This document shows, one piece after another, positions 38,929 through 45,502 of a stretch of 45,502 nucleotides of DNA. The DNA comes from an uncultured Lachnospiraceae bacterium. GTDB lineage: Bacteria; Bacillota; Clostridia; Lachnospirales; Lachnospiraceae. The stretch spans positions 1 to 45,502 of the forward strand of contig CACZRU010000292.1 of NCBI GenBank assembly GCA_902783605.1. The letters are read 5' to 3'. The notes under the pieces were generated by a model, which saw nothing but the letters and a program-made list of their open reading frames with translations, did no database searches and was not told where the DNA came from. Each line of letters opens with the position of its first letter. Position 1 is the first letter of the stretch. Made by a program: the position numbers and the translations under genes.

Positions 38929-41900
38929 ATGAAAACATTCAAAAAATTATTTTCAACTCTTTTAGTTATCGTTTTCATTCTGGCGTATGCATTTCCGGTT
39001 CTCCCGGCATATGCGGGCTCGAATGAAACAACAGTTGATCTGTATTATATACAGGATGATGACAGGACTCCGATAGGGGAACTTCCTGCTAAGTACAAAT
39101 CAACATACAAGATCAATTCAGGACTATCCAATCCGACTTACCGCGTTGTAGAAGGATATAGTGCTACTGTGGATTCAGAGGGAAATGTAACACTTTGCAT
39201 GATGCCAGTAAGTACTGCAAGGGCAAGAGGGCTTGTGGATACTCTGGATGTATATCGTTATTATGCTGAAAGTGCAGGTACAAGAGTTTATGTTCCATAT
39301 CCAACGGTTATAGAGGCTACAGATGGAACAACAACAAAGACATATACTATTAATGTACATGACTATGCTGAGGTATATGCTGAGAACAAATTGAATACAA
39401 TTATTAACACCATTAATCCTGGTCAGTATTCAAGTTCTTATGATAAGCTTAGAGCCATTGCAAACTATGTGTCAGAGGAAACTTATTATAGTTCAAGATA
39501 TTCACTTCTCACCAATATTATAGTGCATGATTGTGGTGATTGTATTTCTAATTCTCAGTTGATAAAAGCAATCTGTTTAAGGTCTGGAATTACCAAAGCT
39601 GAACTTAGAAGGTCTTTCCAGGATCAAAAAGGTGAAGGTACAGGTCATGTAAATCTGTATGTGGAAATAGATGGTGAAAGCTACATTGTAGATGTTAATG
39701 CAGGTGAAAAGGGTAGAGGGTATACCATTAAACCTAGCAGTGAATTTTGTATGGTTGATAATACTATCTATCAGTATGATGGCTTTTCAACCAATATCGG
39801 TATTCCTTCTAGCGTTAATGGAACAGTTGTTACAGCCTTAGGAAGAACTGATAGATTTGATTCAAATAAATTTGCTTCAATATTCTATGGGCTTGAAAAA
39901 GACTGTCCAGTAACAAAGGTGATTATTCCTAATACCGTAACGACAGTTAATCCAGGTGCATTTTCAGATGCAGTAAATCTGGAAACGATTAATGTGGATT
40001 CTGGGAATTCCGTATATTCTTCAAAAGACGGAATGCTCTATAGCAAAGATGGAAAGAAGCTTATCTATGTTCCTGCAGCAAAAAGGATTATCACTTTATC
40101 TGGTATAACAAGCATAGATGCGCATGCCTTTGATGACTGCAAAGATTTAACTATATATTATAATGGCAGTGAAAGTGACTGGGATAGTATAGATAAATCT
40201 GCTCTTCCAAGCGGCGTTAAGGTTTATTATGGTACAACCAGGGTGTCTGGTATACAGAAGGTAGATCCAATAGGGAATAAAATTACATTTACTAACAGAT
40301 ATGAAGCTGTTGATATTAAATGCGCTGTTGTTCCTGAAGGTGCTGCTAATAAAGAGATAAAAATCGCATCTGATAATGATGATGTAGTAATTGTAATGAA
40401 TGGCAAGGCTTATGCAGTAGGAGAAGGAAGCTGTACAATTACTGCAGAGACAGTTGATGGAGGATATAAGACGACCTATACTGCAGAAGTTGCATTTACA
40501 GGTTATCAGCTGACTCTTACAGGTGGTGAAATTGTCAGTGCTACTTATAATGGACAGGATGTTATGGGGGACTCTGGTGCGAAGCTTACTTCAGCAAAGT
40601 TCCTGGAAGACACAAAGGTTACGATTAAACCTGATGACAGCTATGATGACTTTAATTCATGGAGTTATGGCGAAGATTTAGAGATTAAGGATTACGTTGA
40701 AAAAACTGGTGAGCTGACATTTGTTATGCCAAAGAAGGACTATGCTATATCTGCTACATACAATAATACAAAGGTTTCAACGATAGATTCCATCTCAGCA
40801 GATGGTGGCAGTCTGGAAGTTAAAACTATAAGTGGTGCAGAGAATTATTATCTTACTATCTGTGAGGACCAGTCAGTTCAGCTTACCGCAAGTGTTTCTC
40901 CTGCATGGGCTCACAATAAGAAGATGAAATGGACTGTGAAACCTGAAAATGTTAATAATGTTACTATAGATGAAAATGGTGTTGCAACTGGTTTAAGTGC
41001 AGGCAGTCAGATCAAAGTTACAGTAGAATCAACAGATGGATCAAATAAGACTAAGGATTTCTATATTACTGTGAAACCTCATAATGGTGATGGTGAAAAA
41101 ACTATCATTCAGGTTGGAGACTGTACAGAGACGCCATATATTGTTGAGTATCTATGCCCTGACTGTGGAATGACTATTAGAGAAACTATTGAACCTGATG
41201 GAGAACACTCTTGGGATGATGGCGTAGGAGATGCAACCTGTACTCAGGGCGGTGAGATGACATATACTTGTTATGCATGTGGTATGACGAAGACTGAAAA
41301 TGTTGAGGCTCTTGGCCATGACTGGGATGTTACTTCTAAGCAGGATGCGACCTGTACTCAGGATGGTCATGAAGAGAAGAAGGTATGTAAGAGATGCCAC
41401 ATAGAAGAAGGCGGAGAGGTGATTAAGGCTTTAGGCCATGATTATCAGCCGGTGGCAGAAGTTAAGGCGACATGTACAACAGATGGTTATACAGCAGGAA
41501 GCGTATGTACCAGGTGCCAGGATGTTGAGTATGGAAGAACAAAGATTCCTGCAACAGGACATAATTGGAAAGACTGGCAGGTAACTCAGGAGGCAACAAC
41601 AACTTCTACAGGAGTTAAAACAAGAGTATGTAAGAATGATCCTTCTCATAAGGAGACGCAGACCATTCCAAAGCTGGCAGATAATGGTTCTGGAAATACA
41701 AAACCAAAACCATCAAGTGGTGGAGAGTCAGGTCAGGAGCAGAAGCCTAAGTATTCAAATGAGTGGATTGATGGAAAGTGGTACAACGCTGATGGCAGTT
41801 GTACATATACTGGAAAGCTTGAGTGGAAGAGCAATTCTACTGGCTGGTGGGTAGAGGACAGCGTTGGCTGGTATCCACAGGACAGCTGGCAGAAGATTGA

Positions 41901-42180
41901 CGGCTCATGGTACTACTTCAAGCCTGACGGATATATGGCAATGGGCGAGTATTATGGTGGTTACTGGTTTAATGGTGACGGTTCATGGGATGATACCTAC
42001 TTCTTATCCTGGAAGTCAAACTCCACAGGCTGGTGGGTAGAAGATAAGTCCGGATGGTGGCCATCAAATGCATGGCTTCATATAGATGGCAGCTGGTACT
42101 ACTTTGATGGTTCAGGTTATCTTGTGACAAATCAATATGTAGATGGTTATTGGCTCGGTGCAGATGGCGCCTGCCAGTAG
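38929..42180 (+). CDS. Secreted surface protein: transglutaminase-like domain, BspA-type LRR, Ig-like (Big_2) domains, Cys/His repeats, wall-binding tail
   Basis: Signal peptide (..PAYA|G); GDC...GHV...IVD triad; VIIPNTVTTVNPGAF and YSSKDGMLYSKDGK; ITAETVDGG and VESTDGS; ATCT..G...CxxC...GH repeats; Trp-rich tail. Confidence 0.8.
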   Translation: MKTFKKLFSTLLVIVFILAYAFPVLPAYAGSNETTVDLYYIQDDDRTPIGELPAKYKSTYKINSGLSNPTYRVVEGYSATVDSEGNVTLCMMPVSTARARGLVDTLDVYRYYAESAGTRVYVPYPTVIEATDGTTTKTYTINVHDYAEVYAENKLNTIINTINPGQYSSSYDKLRAIANYVSEETYYSSRYSLLTNIIVHDCGDCISNSQLIKAICLRSGITKAELRRSFQDQKGEGTGHVNLYVEIDGESYIVDVNAGEKGRGYTIKPSSEFCMVDNTIYQYDGFSTNIGIPSSVNGTVVTALGRTDRFDSNKFASIFYGLEKDCPVTKVIIPNTVTTVNPGAFSDAVNLETINVDSGNSVYSSKDGMLYSKDGKKLIYVPAAKRIITLSGITSIDAHAFDDCKDLTIYYNGSESDWDSIDKSALPSGVKVYYGTTRVSGIQKVDPIGNKITFTNRYEAVDIKCAVVPEGAANKEIKIASDNDDVVIVMNGKAYAVGEGSCTITAETVDGGYKTTYTAEVAFTGYQLTLTGGEIVSATYNGQDVMGDSGAKLTSAKFLEDTKVTIKPDDSYDDFNSWSYGEDLEIKDYVEKTGELTFVMPKKDYAISATYNNTKVSTIDSISADGGSLEVKTISGAENYYLTICEDQSVQLTASVSPAWAHNKKMKWTVKPENVNNVTIDENGVATGLSAGSQIKVTVESTDGSNKTKDFYITVKPHNGDGEKTIIQVGDCTETPYIVEYLCPDCGMTIRETIEPDGEHSWDDGVGDATCTQGGEMTYTCYACGMTKTENVEALGHDWDVTSKQDATCTQDGHEEKKVCKRCHIEEGGEVIKALGHDYQPVAEVKATCTTDGYTAGSVCTRCQDVEYGRTKIPATGHNWKDWQVTQEATTTSTGVKTRVCKNDPSHKETQTIPKLADNGSGNTKPKPSSGGESGQEQKPKYSNEWIDGKWYNADGSCTYTGKLEWKSNSTGWWVEDSVGWYPQDSWQKIDGSWYYFKPDGYMAMGEYYGGYWFNGDGSWDDTYFLSWKSNSTGWWVEDKSGWWPSNAWLHIDGSWYYFDGSGYLVTNQYVDGYWLGADGACQ
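41090..41670 (+). repeat. About five ~38-41-aa Cys/His-rich repeats
   Basis: GDCTE..CPDCG..HSW; ATCTQGG..CYACG..GHDW; ATCTQDG..CKRC..GHDY; ATCTTDG..CTRC..GHNW; ATTTSTG..CKNDPSH. Confidence 0.8.
41749..42180 (+). repeat. 143-aa Trp/Tyr-rich choline-binding-like wall-binding domain, copy 2
   Basis: KYSNEWIDGKWY...WQKIDGSWYYF...NQYVDGYWLGADG. Same 432-bp length as copy 1. Confidence 0.85.
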
Positions 42181-42250
42181 GTGTAAAGATGGACAGGTCC
42201 ATTTTGTATATAATGTGTAGAATGGGACAGGTCACTGATACGGATATGGG

Positions 42251-42285
42251 AGAGGTGGTTTTCCTTGTGAATGCCGCCTCTTTTT
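42251..42285 (+). terminator. Probable Rho-independent terminator
   Basis: AGAGGTGGT..TTC / GAA..GCCGCCTCT stem (with G-U pairs) followed by a T run. Confidence 0.55.
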
Positions 42286-42320
42286 GTTAAAATGATGTCA
42301 AATATTGGGGAGGTGTTACT

Positions 42321-42995
42321 ATGGACAAGAAAGCTATGTATAAGCTGTCATACGGATTATTCGTACTGACAACAAAGGTTGGGGATAAACATAACGGATG
42401 CATAACAAATACAGCGATTCAGGTTACGACTGAACCGAATCAGATTGCATTTGCAGTTAATAAGATGAATTACACTCATGATATGCTGATGGAATCAAAG
42501 GTGTTTAATATTTCCATAATCAGTGAAAAGGCAGACTTTGAATTGTTCAAGAGATTTGGATTCCAGTCTGGACGAGAGGTGAATAAATTCCAGGGCTACG
42601 GTAAGCTTGGGGTGGCTTCCAATGGAATTACATTTATCAAAGATGGCACTAATGCGTACATCTCGGGTACAGTCAGCCAGACAGTAGACTTGGGAACGCA
42701 TACACTCTTTATTGCTTCAGTTACAGATATGGAGCTTCTTCCAGAGGAAGATGGAACTGTAGCTCCTTCTGCAACCTATGAATATTATCAGGAAAATATT
42801 AAGCCGAAGCCTCAGGATATAAAGAAGGGTGATACAGTAGGAACTCTTCAAAAGGATGAGGATGAGCAGGGCAAGACTGTCTGGGTATGCAGAATCTGTG
42901 GTTATGTATATGAGGGCGAAGATCTTCCTGAGGATTTCATCTGCCCATGGTGCAAGCATCCTGCAAGTGACTTTGAGAAGCAGGTGCGAAACTAA
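42321..42995 (+). CDS. Flavin reductase-rubredoxin fusion (high-molecular-weight rubredoxin-like)
   Basis: LSYGLFV, NGCITNT, FGFQSGR, GTHTLF; C-terminal WVCRICGYVY...CPWC. RBS GGAGG. Confidence 0.88.
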   Translation: MDKKAMYKLSYGLFVLTTKVGDKHNGCITNTAIQVTTEPNQIAFAVNKMNYTHDMLMESKVFNISIISEKADFELFKRFGFQSGREVNKFQGYGKLGVASNGITFIKDGTNAYISGTVSQTVDLGTHTLFIASVTDMELLPEEDGTVAPSATYEYYQENIKPKPQDIKKGDTVGTLQKDEDEQGKTVWVCRICGYVYEGEDLPEDFICPWCKHPASDFEKQVRN

Positions 42996-43014
42996 TCGGT
43001 AAATTTAAGTTAGT

Positions 43015-43040
43015 GTCATTCTGAGCGTAGCGAAGAATCT
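43015..43040 (+). repeat. REP-like intergenic element GTCATTCTGAGCGTAGCGAAGAATCT
   Basis: Near-identical copy at 1713-1739. Confidence 0.7.
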
Positions 43041-43085
43041 TTGTGGCTAACAGAAACGATAAATGCTAAGTAAGGATATTACAAC

Positions 43086-45502
43086 ATGTCAGACAAAATA
43101 CAAGGCTTCTTTTTTGATAGAGTAAGAAGCTCAGCAGACAACACAAGAAGATTAGTGGTTCAAGGGTATGCGATAGATGGATATCTTGATCTGTTTCGTC
43201 CCCGTGCCGCCATATTTGTAGATGGAAAACCTGTACGTGCATTAAAATGTACCTTCGAGGTGGTAAAATTGCCACCTATAAAGATGCGTCGTCGAAATGG
43301 AAATACCATATCATATATTGCGATGATATATGTTGATATGGCAGATATTTCAGATAAGAAGATTCGCGGCTATGGATCATCTGCTAAACTTGTCGTTATT
43401 GGTGAAAAGACAGGCGAACTCTTTGAGAACAGCATCAGGGAGATGGTGTATAAAGCACCTCTTTCAAAAATTGCAAAAATACTTTCAACCTATAACTATA
43501 GTGTGGATGTTGCATTTGTTGAGGATGGAAAGACTGTACTAAGAGGCTGGATGGGCGGAAGCAATCAGACTGTGATTAAGATTTCAGACGTATCAAATAA
43601 GGATAGTGCAGAATATCTTCCGTATAGGATTGATTTTCTTCTTCGTGACGATGTCTTGATGGAGTATCCTGAGTGTCCGGATGATGCAAGGCTGGGATTT
43701 GAGATAACGGTTGATGGTACATTTAAAAAACTTAACCTGGCTATGCATGAGGGAAAGAGAGATTATTCAAAAGTTGTTTCAGTTGGTAAGTCTGACGATG
43801 AATTTTCTAAGGCAAATGTTATCTCCAGGTATTCAGAAAAGGTTGTTAGAAATCTAAAGAATTATGGCGTTAAGGAGACAATGCAGAAGATAAAGGTTAG
43901 AATGTCTCCGTCCTACGTCAATCTCAACAGGCACTATGACAAATGGATTCGAAAGATTTCACCAAGTGCTAGTGAGCTGGAGGCACAGAGAGAACATCAG
44001 AAGAAGTTTGAATATAGACCACTGCTTAGTATTTTAGTTCCGTTATATGAGACAGATGAAAAATTCTTAGCTGAGCTTATTCAGTCAGTTAAGGTTCAAA
44101 CCTATCCGAATTGGGAGATTTGTTTTTCAGATGGAAGTAAGGACAGTTCGAGACTGACTGAAATAATTGGGAAGTATCAAAAGAAGGATAGCAGAATCAA
44201 ATATACTGCAGAACTACCGGGACCGTTAGGGATATCCTCGAACACTAATCAGGCATTTAGCATAGCTAAAGGTGATTTTATTGTCCTAGGGGATCATGAC
44301 GATCTGATTACGCCGGATGCACTATACGAAGTGGTAAAGGCGATGAATTCTAATCTGGAAAATGTGACATCGGTAGATACGATTCTCGATGTAATCTACA
44401 CCGATGAAGATAAGACAAATGCAACTGCCAAGAAACGCTTTGAACCAAATATTAAGCCTGATTTTAATCAGGAACTTCTAGAAAGCTGCAACTACATCAC
44501 TCATATGTTTGTTGTTCGAAAATCGCTGGTTGATGAGGTGGGACTTTTTGATGATGCTTATAATGGTGCCCAGGATTATGATTTCATCCTAAGATGTACT
44601 GAGAAAGCACGACATATACATCATGTAACCAAGATTGTATACAGCTGGAGGATAAATGATACATCAACAGCAGGAAATCCGGCTGCGAAGATGTATGCCT
44701 ACGACGCAGGAGTAAGAGCTCTTCAAGCACATTATGACAGAGTTGGAATAAACGCTACCGCTGAAATCGGAGATCATCTGGGATATTATCATACAAGATA
44801 TGAGTTACCTGATGGACTTAAGGTGTATGTTGCTGTCCTTGAGGCGGATGAAGATGAAAGGTATAATCAGACGGTTGATTCAATTAAGAATAAGTCTGAT
44901 TTTAAAAACCTTCAGTTTTTAAGAATAGCAGCAAAATCAAAAAAGAATAAGCTGAACTTTGCAGAGCAGATGAATCTGGCTGTTGCTGAGATTGAGAAGA
45001 ACTATGCATCGAAAGATATGGTTGACAGTGCCTCAAAAGAATCTGAAAAAGATGCCGGTCAGATATATGTGTGCTTTATCATGGCAGGCATAACTATGAT
45101 GGGAGAAGACGGAATATCAAATATGCTGTCGTATATTTCTAACCGTGAAAAGGTTGGGGCTATAGGTGCAAAGCTTTATGCAGTTGGAGGAACGCTTGCA
45201 CATGCAGGTATTATACTGGATATGGGTAACCTGCAAGGATGGATGTATACTCGTCATAGCAAGTTTGATGAGATGTATTTCAATTACAGTGCATATTCAG
45301 CTCTTAGAAGTGGAATTACCTTAATCAGTTTAGCCGATCTAAGGAAGTATGGTCCATTTGATGAGAGGTTTGCCGGTGAGCAGGCCATGGTGGAGTATAC
45401 ATATAATATGACCAGAGATGGCAGGATATGTATTTACGATGGAAATGCAGAATTTCAGGTTAGGCCAATTCGAGGAAGAGACGCAGATAATTGTTTTGAA
45501 TC
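43086..45502 (+). CDS. Large GT2 glycosyltransferase (3' truncated; absent from ORF track) with degenerate second GT2 domain
   Basis: ATG 43086 after AAGGA. The in-frame segments I translated include YDKWIR, LSILVPLYET, FSDGS, LGDHDD, YTDEDK, KPDF and GAQDYD. It resembles the GT region of 3927-7298. Confidence 0.88.
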   Translation, partial: MSDKIQGFFFDRVRSSADNTRRLVVQGYAIDGYLDLFRPRAAIFVDGKPVRALKCTFEVVKLPPIKMRRRNGNTISYIAMIYVDMADISDKKIRGYGSSAKLVVIGEKTGELFENSIREMVYKAPLSKIAKILSTYNYSVDVAFVEDGKTVLRGWMGGSNQTVIKISDVSNKDSAEYLPYRIDFLLRDDVLMEYPECPDDARLGFEITVDGTFKKLNLAMHEGKRDYSKVVSVGKSDDEFSKANVISRYSEKVVRNLKNYGVKETMQKIKVRMSPSYVNLNRHYDKWIRKISPSASELEAQREHQKKFEYRPLLSILVPLYETDEKFLAELIQSVKVQTYPNWEICFSDGSKDSSRLTEIIGKYQKKDSRIKYTAELPGPLGISSNTNQAFSIAKGDFIVLGDHDDLITPDALYEVVKAMNSNLENVTSVDTILDVIYTDEDKTNATAKKRFEPNIKPDFNQELLESCNYITHMFVVRKSLVDEVGLFDDAYNGAQDYDFILRCTEKARHIHHVTKIVYSWRINDTSTAGNPAAKMYAYDAGVRALQAHYDRVGINATAEIGDHLGYYHTRYELPDGLKVYVAVLEADEDERYNQTVDSIKNKSDFKNLQFLRIAAKSKKNKLNFAEQMNLAVAEIEKNYASKDMVDSASKESEKDAGQIYVCFIMAGITMMGEDGISNMLSYISNREKVGAIGAKLYAVGGTLAHAGIILDMGNLQGWMYTRHSKFDEMYFNYSAYSALRSGITLISLADLRKYGPFDERFAGEQAMVEYTYNMTRDGRICIYDGNAEFQVRPIRGRDADNCFE

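Noticed and set aside
1713-43040. CRISPR array or transposon ends from the 26-27-bp repeat
   Set aside because: Isolated copies 41 kb apart, with no spacers, cas genes, transposase or target duplication.
614-43542. Many short minus-strand and alternate-frame ORFs in the track
   Set aside because: All overlap well-supported plus-strand genes and show no recognisable motifs; 43066-43275 and 43330-43542 overlap the long 43086 frame.
1-45502. tRNA, rRNA, integrase, IS or phage genes
   Set aside because: None recognisable; the window is almost fully coding with short gaps.

Overview
AT-rich, all-plus-strand surface-glycan locus from a Gram-positive anaerobe. The gene set and the Trp/Tyr-rich wall-binding tails suggest Lachnospiraceae or a rumen Eubacterium-like organism (inference). 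From left to right it contains: (1) the 3' end of rmlC; (2) an ABC-transporter rhamnan module (wzm with an extra N-terminal domain, wzt with a C-terminal domain, a SAM methyltransferase, and a kinase-like/coiled-coil/double-GT2 protein); (3) a GacI/GacJ/DUF2142-type side-chain module with GT2, GT8, TagF-like, TagD and a Wzx flippase; (4) a divergent TagF-fold protein, then a separately promoted 2-aminoethylphosphonate (AEP) operon (wHTH-LicC/PntC-like cytidylyltransferase, AEP transaminase, cytidylyltransferase-PepM, Ppd); (5) a secreted esterase broken by one in-frame stop; (6) a DUF6077-like membrane pair; (7) a second Wzx module with two different pyranose-mutase-like flavoproteins, a DUF4422 transferase, a priming transferase and GT4/GT2 enzymes; (8) a large transglutaminase-like surface protein; (9) a flavin reductase-rubredoxin fusion; (10) a GT2 that runs off the window. 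The best candidate for an undescribed system is a phosphonate analogue of the pneumococcal lic/choline-binding-protein system. In it, CMP-AEP would be transferred to wall polysaccharide by a divergent TagF-fold enzyme, and co-encoded proteins with a shared 143-aa choline-binding-like tail might dock on it. All family calls come from reading motifs by eye; no database searches were run.
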